DNA from: Bacteroidia bacterium
Lineage (GTDB): Bacteria > Bacteroidota > Bacteroidia > AKYH767-A > OLB10
DNA: 64,000 bases
Direction of reading: 5' to 3'
NCBI GenBank assembly: GCA_016788065.1
Contig: JAEUTI010000077.1
Span: 98,628 to 162,627 of the forward strand
Position 1 is the first letter of the stretch, and the number at the start of each line of letters is the position of its first letter. The translations under genes were made by a program, and so were the position numbers. The notes under the pieces were generated by a model, which worked only from the letters and a program-made list of their open reading frames with translations, was not told the origin of the DNA and did no database searches. This document shows positions 28,483 through 40,697 of the stretch, piece after piece.

Positions 28483-29517
28483 TTACTGTTTTTGAAGTTG
28501 CTTGAGTATTTCACTTCCCATTTCACTCCATGATGTTGAAGTGAGATCAATAACATGAATGGAATTTGGTGCTCGCTTGGCATTACCATGCACATACATT
28601 TTATCATAGTATGCTAATACCAGATCAAGGCAATTATTCATATCGCCTTGCTGAAAATATTCGATGCTGCTTTTAAGATGTTGAGGCCCCATCCTCTTTT
28701 CAATTTTCCGTGCCATGGCTATCAATTGTTCAGCCGGATAACAACCATACTCTTCGATGATATGCTGCTTTCTTCTTTCCAGACCGATATCGATAGCAAT
28801 AAGTGTAGAGTTTCGAATCAGGGAATATATGTTTTCCGGTAAAATGCAGGAACCAACTGAGCGACTTTCATTCTCAATCCATACCGGTTTCTCATCGTTA
28901 AAAGATGACCATTGCATGGCTATCAAATTTTCGAAATGTTCGTTGGATGGTTGTGGCGGTAAGCCTAATGCCCCGAATGCGGAACCACGGTGTGATGCCA
29001 GTGCTTCCAGATCCAAAACCTGCTCACCTAAGGCTCGTAATTGTTTTAAGACAACTGTTTTGCCGGAACCTGTTCCTCCTCCTAACACCAACACATTCCG
29101 TGGTGTAGCATTGATACCAATAACCCAATTTCGATATGCCTTGTAACCACCTTCCAGAATGTTGGTGTGAAATCCATTAATTTCCAAAAAGGATGACATG
29201 AGATTGCTGCGCATACCGCCACGCCAGCAATAAAGCATCAGTTCCTTTTCGGGTGCCATTTGAAGGGCTTTTTCCAGAATAGATTGTGCTTTTGGTTTAA
29301 CTATTTCAAAACCTTTTTCAATTGCAGCTTCTCTTCCTTCCTGCTTGTAAAGTGTACCAACTACAACGCGTTCATCATTATTCAAAAGTGGCAAATTCAC
29401 AGATCCCGGAATGTGTGCATGTTCATATTCCGCCTCACTTCGGGTATCTAAAATTACGGAACTGTTTTTCCGGATCTGAGCAATATAGTCGTCAGCAGAA
29501 ATAATGTTATTTGCCAT
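28483..29517 (-). CDS. mnmH: tRNA 2-selenouridine(34) synthase
   Basis: Rhodanese domain with CWRGGMRS, then the P-loop GGGTGSGKT. It lies directly upstream of selD. Confidence 0.85.
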   Translation of the reverse strand: MANNIISADDYIAQIRKNSSVILDTRSEAEYEHAHIPGSVNLPLLNNDERVVVGTLYKQEGREAAIEKGFEIVKPKAQSILEKALQMAPEKELMLYCWRGGMRSNLMSSFLEINGFHTNILEGGYKAYRNWVIGINATPRNVLVLGGGTGSGKTVVLKQLRALGEQVLDLEALASHRGSAFGALGLPPQPSNEHFENLIAMQWSSFNDEKPVWIENESRSVGSCILPENIYSLIRNSTLIAIDIGLERRKQHIIEEYGCYPAEQLIAMARKIEKRMGPQHLKSSIEYFQQGDMNNCLDLVLAYYDKMYVHGNAKRAPNSIHVIDLTSTSWSEMGSEILKQLQKQ

Positions 29518-29522
29518 TGTGC

Positions 29523-29530
29523 CAAAGATA
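29523..29530 (-). promoter_or_regulatory. -7 box TATCTTTG, only 5 nt upstream of the mnmH ATG
   Basis: The minus strand reads TATCTTTG-GCACA-ATG. It lies just downstream of the yqgE terminator. Confidence 0.45.
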
Positions 29531-29548
29531 CAAAGAATGGCAATCAGG

Positions 29549-29584
29549 TATAAAATAAAAGGCTTCCTGAAACAGGAAGCCTTT
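29549..29584 (-). terminator. Rho-independent terminator after the yqgE-family gene
   Basis: Perfect 12-bp stem AAAGGCTTCCTG / CAGGAAGCCTTT with a 3-nt loop. On the minus strand it is followed by TTATTTTAT. Confidence 0.8.
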
Positions 29585-29606
29585 ATATATTTTAACTTTC
29601 AGTTGC

Positions 29607-30176
29607 TTAATTCCAAGCAGGATCTTCCGGGAAATTTGCCATCACAGCATACTCGCTTCCCATACTTCTTAGAACCTGACTCCATAAACATTTTGGATCA
29701 TCATAAAAAGTGAATCTTTGATTGCATTCTGAAACTAACCATGATTTTTCTTCCAATTCATGGGTTAGTTGTGTTGGATCCCAACCTGAATAACCTGCAT
29801 AAAACCGAATCATATTAGGTTGAACCTGGCCGGTATCAATCATGAGTTTCAACTGATCATAATTTCCACCCCAGTATATACCATCAACAATTTGTTTTGC
29901 CCCTTCTAATTCCGGTCCAATGGTATGAATGTAAAACAAAGTGTCGGTTTCAACAGGTCCACCAAAGTATAATGGTGATTTAAAATCAGGAAAGTCTTCA
30001 ACAGCATCATTTATATTGACATCCGTAGGCTTATTCAGAATGAATCCCAAGGTACCACTGGCATCGTGCTCGCTCAGCAATACAACGGAACGTTTGAAAT
30101 AAGAATCTGATAAAAAGGGTTCTGAAATCAGAAATACCCCCTGGTCTGGTTTTAACATTTGACTTTTCATGGCCAA
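29607..30176 (-). CDS. YqgE/AlgH-family (UPF0301) protein
   Basis: LISEPFL...F.RSVVLL.EH...G..GFILNKP pattern. Confidence 0.8.
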   Translation of the reverse strand: MAMKSQMLKPDQGVFLISEPFLSDSYFKRSVVLLSEHDASGTLGFILNKPTDVNINDAVEDFPDFKSPLYFGGPVETDTLFYIHTIGPELEGAKQIVDGIYWGGNYDQLKLMIDTGQVQPNMIRFYAGYSGWDPTQLTHELEEKSWLVSECNQRFTFYDDPKCLWSQVLRSMGSEYAVMANFPEDPAWN

Positions 30177-30421
30177 CGCGTTTTAGTATTTATTTCAACG
30201 TTTGTTTTCAGGAATGTTGATTCAATTATACTTCCTTTATTACAACGTTATTACTATAAACACTAAAACTATGCCATTTGGATGCGAATATAGATGCAGT
30301 ACAGTTACAAATAGAAGAAAGATTACAAAAGGAATATAAATCGCATTAAATGCTTGATATTAATATATAGTTATTTGATTATTAATATGTTAAAACTTTA
30401 CTTCCGACATTATTAAATCGT

Positions 30422-30429
30422 TACTTTTG
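30422..30429 (+). promoter_or_regulatory. -7 box TACTTTTG upstream of pdxH
   Basis: Matches TAnnTTTG. Confidence 0.4.
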
Positions 30430-30448
30430 TACTCAAATAGTTGAAAAA

Positions 30449-31102
30449 ATGGATCATATCAGGGATTTCGTCAAAAATATCCGAACCGATTACAATCTGG
30501 ATACCTTGGATATCAAAACTGTAGAGCCAAATCCGATCGCACAATTTGCTATTTGGATGAAAATGGCTGTAGATGCAAATGTGAATGAGCCCAATGCATT
30601 TAATCTGGCAACAGTTGGTAAAGACGGCAAACCATCTTCCAGAATTGTGTTATTGCGCAACTTTGATTATGATGGTTTTGTATTTTTTACCAATTATCAG
30701 AGTCATAAAGGCCATGATCTGGATCTACATAAATGGGCAGCCTTGAATTTTTTCTGGCCCGAACTTCATAAGCAGGTTCGAATTTTAGGGAAAGCTGAAA
30801 AAGTGGATGAATCTGATTCTGAAGAGTATTTTAATACGCGACCTAGGGAAAGTCAGCTTGGAGCTTGGGTTTCAGAGCAAAGCAGGCCTTTATCGGGAAG
30901 AGAAGAATTGGAGCAAAATCTTAAAAACCTTACAGCACAATATGAGGGGAAATCTATTCCACGACCGGCACATTGGGGAGGCTACCGCATAAATCCGGTT
31001 GAAATGGAATTCTGGCAGGGACGCCCGAGCCGATTACATGATCGGGTGAAATATGAACTTACTGCCGATAACAATTGGAAAGCAAGTTTGTTGTACCCTT
31101 GA
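30449..31102 (+). CDS. pdxH: Pyridoxamine 5'-phosphate oxidase
   Basis: RIVLLR...GFVFFTNY.S.KG and C-terminal EFWQGRPSRLHDR motifs. Confidence 0.9.
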   Translation: MDHIRDFVKNIRTDYNLDTLDIKTVEPNPIAQFAIWMKMAVDANVNEPNAFNLATVGKDGKPSSRIVLLRNFDYDGFVFFTNYQSHKGHDLDLHKWAALNFFWPELHKQVRILGKAEKVDESDSEEYFNTRPRESQLGAWVSEQSRPLSGREELEQNLKNLTAQYEGKSIPRPAHWGGYRINPVEMEFWQGRPSRLHDRVKYELTADNNWKASLLYP

Positions 31103-31138
31103 TTCTTCCAACTTATATCTTCCTGAATTCAATTTAAT

Positions 31139-32401
31139 ATGATCGTAAGAACCCTGATTCTTTTAGCCGTTTTATTCATTATAGATTTTTATGTTTTTCA
31201 GGGCGTAAAATTACTCACCAGAAATGCTGCTCCACACACAAGCAGGATCATTGCGATAGCCTTCTGGAGTGTTTCGGTCTTTTGTTTTTCTGTAATTATT
31301 ACCGGTTTATTTATTGACTGGCACACGTGGCCAAAAGCAATCAGAACATATTCCTTCGCATTCATTTTCGTGACCTATTTCTCGAAATTATTTTTCGTGT
31401 TATTCTTATTGATAGATGATATATTCCGATTATTTCGCCTGGTTACCGGATGGATTACATCCAAACCTGCCGTTGCTGCAACAGAAGGTGCAATTGAAGC
31501 CACTACCGGAATATCCCGGTCATCGTTCCTCATAAAAATGGGAGCTGTAATTGCCGCATTGCCATTTACGGCTCTGTTGTTTGGGATGATAAAGGGGAAA
31601 TATGACTACCAGGTTAAGAATATTAAACTGGCCTTCAACAAACTTCCTGCTGCTTTTAATGGCTTTAAAATAGTTCAGATTTCAGATATCCATACAGGTA
31701 GTTTCATGGACAAAGCACCTTTGGAAAAAGCTGTAAAACTTATCAATGAACTGAAACCGGATGTTATTTTTTTTACCGGTGATCTGGTTAATGATATGTC
31801 TACGGAACTATTGCCTTACAAAGACATTCTGGCTGGTTTAAAAGCACCACATGGCGTATTTTCTATTCTGGGGAACCACGATTACGGAGATTACTATCAG
31901 TGGCCTTCGAAGGAAGATAAAGTGGCAAATCTCGATAAGTTAATTGCATCCCATAAAGAAATGGGCTGGGATATTTTACTCGATGAGCATCGTAAAATTA
32001 CCAAAGATGGGGAATCCATTTCCGTCATCGGTGTTCAGAACTGGAGCGCACGCATGAATTTCCGTCGCTATGGTGATTTGAATAAAGCAATTGAAAATAT
32101 TGCATACAGTCCGGTGAATATTTTGCTTAGTCACGATCCCTCTCATTGGAAAGCAGAGGTTGTCGGGAAGGTTCCTGAAATAGATTTAACACTGGCTGGT
32201 CATACGCATGGCTTTCAGTTTGGTGTAGAAATTCCGGGTTTCAGATGGTCGCCTGTACAATATGTTTACCATGAATGGGCCGGTTTGTATAGCGAAAATC
32301 AGCAACATTTGTATGTGAATCGTGGTCTGGGATTTTTAGGATATCCCGGACGTGTAGGCATATTGCCTGAAATAACCTTATTTGAATTTAACCGGAGCTG
32401 A
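31139..32401 (+). CDS. Membrane-anchored calcineurin-like metallophosphoesterase
   Basis: Four N-terminal TM segments, then SDIHTG, GDLVND, GNHDY and GHTHG motifs. Confidence 0.8.
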   Translation: MIVRTLILLAVLFIIDFYVFQGVKLLTRNAAPHTSRIIAIAFWSVSVFCFSVIITGLFIDWHTWPKAIRTYSFAFIFVTYFSKLFFVLFLLIDDIFRLFRLVTGWITSKPAVAATEGAIEATTGISRSSFLIKMGAVIAALPFTALLFGMIKGKYDYQVKNIKLAFNKLPAAFNGFKIVQISDIHTGSFMDKAPLEKAVKLINELKPDVIFFTGDLVNDMSTELLPYKDILAGLKAPHGVFSILGNHDYGDYYQWPSKEDKVANLDKLIASHKEMGWDILLDEHRKITKDGESISVIGVQNWSARMNFRRYGDLNKAIENIAYSPVNILLSHDPSHWKAEVVGKVPEIDLTLAGHTHGFQFGVEIPGFRWSPVQYVYHEWAGLYSENQQHLYVNRGLGFLGYPGRVGILPEITLFEFNRS

Positions 32402-33284
32402 TCAGGCTGTTTCGTGAATTTTATCAATGGCAGCACTTAATTTATTCAGGTGCGATTTGCTGATATTTACCAGAGGTAATCTCAAATGGTCTTCACAAAT
32501 ATCCATCATATTTAACACTGCTTTGATGCCACCCGGACTACCTTCTGCAAACAGCAACGGAATGATTTCCGAAAAACGGTAATGCAATTCTCTGGCTTTA
32601 TCAAAATTTCCTTTCATACTCATTCTCACCATTTCTGAAAAGTCTTTTGGGAATGCATTGGCAACTACTGAAATTACACCTTCTGCGCCACATGCAATCA
32701 ATGGCATGGTAATACCATCATCACCTGAAATTACAACAAAACCTTCAGGTTTATCCTTAATAATCGACATTATCTGTTCCATATTTCCGGAAGCCTCTTT
32801 TACACCAACTATATTATCGAAATCGTGGGCCAGATTGAGTGTTGTTTCTGCTGTCATGTTGCAACCTGTTCGTCCCGGAACATTGTAAAGAATTACAGGA
32901 ACAGGTGATTCATTGCAGATCATTTTATAATGAGCATACAATCCCTTTTGAGTAGGTTTGTTGTAGTATGGTGTAACCGATAAAATAGCATCCACACCGG
33001 AGTAATCGTACTCACTCAAACAACGTAAAACATCCTGAGTATTATTCCCGCCAAGGCCGGCAACAACAGGCACTCTTTTATCAACTACTTCAATCACAAA
33101 ATCTAACAGAGCAGCCTTTTCGTCTTTGGTTAAAGTAACCGATTCTCCGGTAGTTCCAAGTGGTACCAGATACTCAACTTTACCTGTGATAAGATGCTCA
33201 ATTAGCTTTTTGAAGCCTTTAAAATTTACACTTCCATCTTTATGAAAAGGAGTGGCCATAGCAACTCCGGTACCTTTGAATTTC

Positions 33285-33298
<14 letters not shown>
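32402..33298 (-). CDS. dapA: 4-hydroxy-tetrahydrodipicolinate synthase
   Basis: GTTGES, YNVPGRTG and VGVKEASG (Schiff-base Lys) motifs. Confidence 0.9.
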
Positions 33299-35923
<2,625 letters not shown>

Positions 35924-36014
35924 TTAAAAGGGGCCTAAAATTAAGAAAATAATGTTGTTTCTCAGATTCCTTTAGAACTATAAATTCCTATTTTTAACCT
36001 CAAATTATATTGAA

Positions 36015-36560
36015 ATGGATTCTGAATCATTGTATAAATTGCGATACCCTATTGGTGAATTTGTTTCGCCTGAAAACCCTGATCCGGGGATGATTGATTC
36101 TTATCTCACTACCATAGAAAAACACCCTGCCAGATTGCGCCTTGCAGTAGCCGGCCTGAATGATTCACAGCTGGATACCCCTTATCGTCAGGATGGCTGG
36201 ACGGTCAGGCAAGTTGTTCATCATCTTGCTGACAGTCACATGAATAGTTATTGCCGATTTAAATTGACGGTAACGGAATCGAAACCGGTAATTAAACCAT
36301 ATATGGAAGAGTTTTGGGCTTTAACCGAGGATGGCAAGAATGCTCCGGTATGGATGTCTTTAAATTTGCTTGATGCCCTCCATCACAGATGGATCATGTT
36401 CTTGCGTTCACTAACACCAGACCAACTGGAAAGAACCTATTTTCATCCTCAAAACAATAAGTTCTTCGATCTGAAAGTGGCTCTCGCCTTGTATGCATGG
36501 CATTGTGATCACCATTTGGCGCACATTACTGAACTTAAAAAAAGCAGGAACTGGGACTAA
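36015..36560 (+). CDS. DinB/YfiT-family putative metal-dependent hydrolase/transferase
   Basis: His triad context HHLADSHMN ... WHCDHHLAHI. Confidence 0.7.
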   Translation: MDSESLYKLRYPIGEFVSPENPDPGMIDSYLTTIEKHPARLRLAVAGLNDSQLDTPYRQDGWTVRQVVHHLADSHMNSYCRFKLTVTESKPVIKPYMEEFWALTEDGKNAPVWMSLNLLDALHHRWIMFLRSLTPDQLERTYFHPQNNKFFDLKVALALYAWHCDHHLAHITELKKSRNWD

Positions 36561-37346
36561 TTAAGCTTTAGCGTTGGCAAGTAATTTCTGAATTTTTTCA
36601 ATTGCCTGAAGATCCTTTTCAAACATTTTTTTGTCCGGATCTTCCTTGAGATTTGCTCTCAATTGCTCTACAATTTCTTTCTGCTGATCAATCAAGGCAT
36701 CACTGAAAGCAATGGAGCCACTTACCATAGTTGCTTCTGATACTGCACTGTTGAGCGCTGTCATGCGGTTTTGATTTTCAGCCAGACTCTTACGGGTAAG
36801 TCTGATGGCACGATTTCGTGATATAAAAATTGCCAGAAATAAAACCACAATTCCAATAGCTGCAATGGATCCTATGGAATAATATTTCTGTTTTAATCCT
36901 CCTACAGCTTCTTTAGTTTGGGTTAATTCACCAATGGTTTCATCAAGCCCTGAAATTTGTTGTTGCTCTTTTGTGGTTGTTTGCTGAAATGCAATTTTTA
37001 AGGAATCAACCAAATAGGCATTCTGATTTTTCAGAAACTGTTCGTTGATATCTAAATAACTTTTATAGACATCGGCTGCATTTCTGAAATGATTGCTCGA
37101 TTTGAAACTTTGAGCGAGCGTGCGATAGGCTGTTGCCAATAATTGCTGATCCTGTACGGAAAGTTCTTTGTTTGCTGCAACTTTACCGAGGTTAGCTCTG
37201 ATAGAATAGAGCCGCTCCACATTAGGTGCTGTTTTGATTTGCTCAATAATGGCAAGCAGTGATTCGCGATGTTGCTGTCCAAATAATTTTGGAGAAGTAA
37301 TCATCAAAAATGCAAGCGCCAGAAATATTTGCTTAATATTTTTCAT
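36561..37346 (-). CDS. Membrane-anchored coiled-coil protein, a kinase-less paralogue of the upstream sensor kinase's input module
   Basis: Signal peptide, helical periplasmic part of about 140 aa, one TM segment, then NRAIRLTRKSLAENQNRMTALNSAV. That segment resembles NRFRTLASLKEQLELSNSQINRMEGVVSAV in the kinase. It starts 3 nt after the kinase stop. Confidence 0.55.
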   Translation of the reverse strand: MKNIKQIFLALAFLMITSPKLFGQQHRESLLAIIEQIKTAPNVERLYSIRANLGKVAANKELSVQDQQLLATAYRTLAQSFKSSNHFRNAADVYKSYLDINEQFLKNQNAYLVDSLKIAFQQTTTKEQQQISGLDETIGELTQTKEAVGGLKQKYYSIGSIAAIGIVVLFLAIFISRNRAIRLTRKSLAENQNRMTALNSAVSEATMVSGSIAFSDALIDQQKEIVEQLRANLKEDPDKKMFEKDLQAIEKIQKLLANAKA

Positions 37347-37349
37347 AGG

Positions 37350-38564
37350 TTACATGAGCGATAAAATGGGGAATCGTACAATAAAATCGGAGCCCTGGCC
37401 GGGATCTGATTCAATTAACAACTCGCCTTTATGAAGAACCTGTATGATTCGCTGAGACTCGGAAAGTCCCAGACCGGTGTGTGATTCTTTTCCTTTTGTA
37501 GTGTAAAATGGTTCAAATACTTTTTTAGGATCCTTTTCCGAAATTCCGGTGCCATTGTCTTTAACTCTAACCTGTACAAAACGTGGTAATTTTCTGGTGG
37601 TAATGGTAATTTTTGGCTCATATCCTTTTGGAGCACGACTCTTTTTGTCTTTTACTGCTTCCAAGGCATTGGTCAAAAGACTGAACATCACAATCCGGAT
37701 TGCATGCGGATCAATATCTACTTTAGGAAGTATTTTTTCCAAATCCCTCACAACGGTACACTGAAATTCGGCACTTTGCTTTAACATAGAATGATAAGCC
37801 TGATCTGTGATCTCATCAATCAATGCATTAAGATCCGTATTGACTTTTTCTCCAGTTACAGAACCTGCTTCATCGGCAAAAAGTCCAATAGCTTTTTTTG
37901 TTCCGGCAATTAAGGCGATACCATTTTTGTACATGGCATGTTGTTTATCACTGGTTATGCGGCTAATAAAACTATTGGCATTTTGCAGTTCCTGGTCAAT
38001 GGTGTGGTGTAATTTAGATGCTGCGGCAGCTTTAGAATCGAGATTCTTTACAGCACTTACGACACCTTCCATTCTGTTGATCTGAGAATTCGAAAGTTCC
38101 AGTTGTTCCTTCAGACTAGCCAGAGTACGGAAACGATTCAATAATATGACAACAGCCAATCCAATTAATATTCCGAAAAAAAGAAGCGTATTGCGGGTCA
38201 TTTTCAAATTCTCTGCATCGATATCATCGTTCTCTGATTGCAGTGTTTTGATGGTTTCTTCTTTGGAACTTATTTCTTGAATCCGTTGTTTTCTTCCCTT
38301 ATTGAAAGTTTCGGTGAGTCCGTTAATTATACTGTCGCGCTCAGCAATAATTATAGCTTCCTGAAGTTGGCCATACCGTTGTAACACTTCTAATGCCGGA
38401 GCATTTTTATTGGTATTCATTAATTCAGTTGCCTGTTTTCGGTAGGCACCCAATTGAAGTTTACGGGCAGCATTGTTATTATCCTGACCTTGCAACAGCA
38501 CCGGAGCCGCACTGAAAAACAGTATCAGCATTAAAGAATAAGGAAATCTTCGTTTTTGCACCAA
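37350..38564 (-). CDS. Sensor histidine kinase (orphan; no response regulator nearby)
   Basis: Signal/TM, periplasmic helical domain and TM. Candidate H-box KLHHTIDQEL, N-box LLTNALEA, G1 VKDNGTGI, F-box FEPFYTTK and G2 GLGLS. TTG or GTG start. Confidence 0.75.
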   Translation of the reverse strand: MVQKRRFPYSLMLILFFSAAPVLLQGQDNNNAARKLQLGAYRKQATELMNTNKNAPALEVLQRYGQLQEAIIIAERDSIINGLTETFNKGRKQRIQEISSKEETIKTLQSENDDIDAENLKMTRNTLLFFGILIGLAVVILLNRFRTLASLKEQLELSNSQINRMEGVVSAVKNLDSKAAAASKLHHTIDQELQNANSFISRITSDKQHAMYKNGIALIAGTKKAIGLFADEAGSVTGEKVNTDLNALIDEITDQAYHSMLKQSAEFQCTVVRDLEKILPKVDIDPHAIRIVMFSLLTNALEAVKDKKSRAPKGYEPKITITTRKLPRFVQVRVKDNGTGISEKDPKKVFEPFYTTKGKESHTGLGLSESQRIIQVLHKGELLIESDPGQGSDFIVRFPILSLM

Positions 38565-38586
38565 TTGATTAATTAGGTATGAATTG

Positions 38587-38594
38587 CAAATATA
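38587..38594 (-). promoter_or_regulatory. -7 box TATATTTG upstream of the histidine kinase gene
   Basis: Matches TAnnTTTG on the minus strand. Confidence 0.4.
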
Positions 38595-38651
38595 AATATT
38601 CTGATTGGCTGTCAGGTTTTATTGGCCGATCTTTTATTAACGATCTTTTGT

Positions 38652-39503
38652 TCATCGCATTGCGACAATAAAGCGATCATGCTGACTCATATCTTTTAAT
38701 ACCTGAATTCCGGTAAAGCCTGCATCTCTGATTATTGCTGCTGTTTCCTTTCCAAAACGTTGATTGATCTCCAAATAGAGCCTGCCACCGGGTTCAAGCC
38801 AGTTATAAGCATTGTCTGCTATTGCCTTGTAAAAAATAAAGGGATCATTATCAGGGACAAACAATGCCAGATGTGGTTCATATTCGGTTACATTACTTTG
38901 CATTTCAGCTGATTCGGAATCTGCTATATAAGGAGGATTGCTGATAATTATCTGCAATGGATCTGAAAATTCAAGTTTGGTTCTTAATATGTCATCCTCA
39001 AGAAATGTTACCGATGTTTGGTGAATTCGGGAATTTTGTGCCGCAACCTGAAGCGCCTCAGGCGAAATATCACTGGCAAATACCTCTGCGGTTGGAAATT
39101 TAGTGGCCAGTAATACTGGAATACAACCCGAACCGGTGCCTATGTCGAGTATCCGTAAAGGATTTGGAGACCTTTCATATGCATCGATTACCATAGCAGC
39201 CAGTTCCTCTGTTTCCGGCCGCGGAATCAATACATTATTGTTCACATAGAACTTAAGATCATAGAACCAGGCTTCATTGACTACATATTGTAGTGGAATT
39301 CCTGATGCTATTTTTTTTAGATCTGATGTAAATTGTTGATATTGATTGTCTTCAAGCTCAATATGACGTAATTCATGAATCTGATTTAAATCCTTGTCGA
39401 ATTTGGTAGCCAGATAACTGTTTGCCACTGCAATAGCTTCTCCTTCATCATAAATAGATGTCAAGGCTGTAATAATCATTGTTTTGAACTCGCTGACTTT
39501 CAT
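38652..39503 (-). CDS. prmC: Peptide chain release factor N5-glutamine methyltransferase
   Basis: GTGSGCI SAM motif and the NPPY catalytic motif (IISNPPYI). ATG at 39503; the track's longer start is at 39527. Confidence 0.85.
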   Translation of the reverse strand: MKVSEFKTMIITALTSIYDEGEAIAVANSYLATKFDKDLNQIHELRHIELEDNQYQQFTSDLKKIASGIPLQYVVNEAWFYDLKFYVNNNVLIPRPETEELAAMVIDAYERSPNPLRILDIGTGSGCIPVLLATKFPTAEVFASDISPEALQVAAQNSRIHQTSVTFLEDDILRTKLEFSDPLQIIISNPPYIADSESAEMQSNVTEYEPHLALFVPDNDPFIFYKAIADNAYNWLEPGGRLYLEINQRFGKETAAIIRDAGFTGIQVLKDMSQHDRFIVAMR

Positions 39504-39641
39504 AGCGGATAAAGGTAAAAAAACCACTACATTTGACGACCCTTTTCATAGAAAGAATTATACTTTTTATGATTTAAGGTTTACAGCTATCCAAATTAAT
39601 CTCATTTCCATTTTATTGAAAATTTATAAGTAACTATAGCC

Positions 39642-40697
39642 GTGAGTCACGAATTCTATATGCAAAGATGTTTTCAGCTGGCTGCTTTTGGAAAAGGACT
39701 CGTAGCTCCTAACCCTATGGTGGGAGCAGTTTTGGTTCATAATGAAGATATAATAGCTGAAGGTTTTCACCATAAGTTTGGTGGTCCACATGCCGAAGTG
39801 GTTGCTCTTCAAAATATAAATGATGCTGCATTGCTTAAGAATAGCATTTTATATGTAAATCTGGAGCCTTGTTCGCACTTTGGGAAAACACCTCCTTGCG
39901 CCGATTTAATTATTGAAAAACAAATTGGCCAGGTTGTAATTGCAAATCTGGATCCTTTCCCACAGGTAAATGGTTCCGGAATAGAAAAGTTGAAAGCTGC
40001 CGGTATTAAGGTTATATCAGGAATTTTGGAAAAAGAAGGCAGATTCTTAAACCGAAGATTTTTTCATTTTCATGAGAAAAAAATGCCATGGGTGATTTTA
40101 AAATGGGCAGAAACTAATGATGGCTTTATTGCTTCACTACCGGAAAATAAAAATGAACGGGTGACTCTAATTTCAAATCAGGAAAGTCGTACTTTGGTGC
40201 ATCAGTGGCGCAGCGAAGAATCAGCTATCATGGTTGGTATGAACACGCTTCTGACCGATAACCCCTACTTAAATTCTCGACTGGTGAATGGTCAAAATCC
40301 CGTTAGAATAGTACTTGGTAATGGGAATGAGTTGCCGCCTGATTTAAATATTTTTGAGGATAAGAATACTTCTGTTTTGATTTATAATTTCTCGATCACA
40401 GAAATAAAAGGAAATGCAGAATGGGTAAAACTTGAAAAAAATGGGCAGGTTCTGAATCAGCTGCTTCATGATCTCTATAAAAGAGGTTTGAATTCTTTAA
40501 TCGTTGAAGGTGGCACCATTACTTTATCATCTTTTATCAATGCCGGATTATGGAATGAAGCCCGGGTTTTCAAAGCTCCTCATTCACTTGGTTCAGGAAT
40601 TGCTGCTCCCAAACTTCCTAATGCTAAAGTACTCACTAATCAGGCAATTGGAAGTGACCGGCTTTGCTGTATAATCAACACCGAAAATTTTAATTGA
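39642..40697 (+). CDS. ribD: Bifunctional riboflavin biosynthesis deaminase/reductase
   Basis: HAEVVAL and PCSHFGKTPPC zinc motifs, plus a C-terminal RibD_C-like reductase domain. GTG start. Confidence 0.9.
   Translation: MSHEFYMQRCFQLAAFGKGLVAPNPMVGAVLVHNEDIIAEGFHHKFGGPHAEVVALQNINDAALLKNSILYVNLEPCSHFGKTPPCADLIIEKQIGQVVIANLDPFPQVNGSGIEKLKAAGIKVISGILEKEGRFLNRRFFHFHEKKMPWVILKWAETNDGFIASLPENKNERVTLISNQESRTLVHQWRSEESAIMVGMNTLLTDNPYLNSRLVNGQNPVRIVLGNGNELPPDLNIFEDKNTSVLIYNFSITEIKGNAEWVKLEKNGQVLNQLLHDLYKRGLNSLIVEGGTITLSSFINAGLWNEARVFKAPHSLGSGIAAPKLPNAKVLTNQAIGSDRLCCIINTENFN

Noticed and set aside
27700-29146. ORFs of 120-129 aa antisense to selD (27700-28062) and mnmH (28757-29146). Similar ORFs of 110-146 aa lie inside uvrB (19872-20270), the DMT gene (40807-41199), recF (52902-53273), the PTP gene (47067-47507), the vWA gene (25477-25818) and the lipoprotein gene (8697-9086).
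   Set aside because: All lie fully inside confidently identified genes on the other strand. They have no recognisable motifs and odd composition, and are the usual shadow ORFs.
30271-30339. A 22-codon Cys-containing mini-ORF in the large AT-rich gap.
   Set aside because: It has no upstream TAnnTTTG box or other start context, and short ORFs of this size are expected by chance. It is kept only as a note inside the intergenic finding.
39504-39641. A possible FMN riboswitch in the ribD leader.
   Set aside because: I could not find the conserved RFN core segments or a plausible multi-stem structure. The leader is AT-rich and unstructured by eye. A covariance-model search would be needed for certainty.
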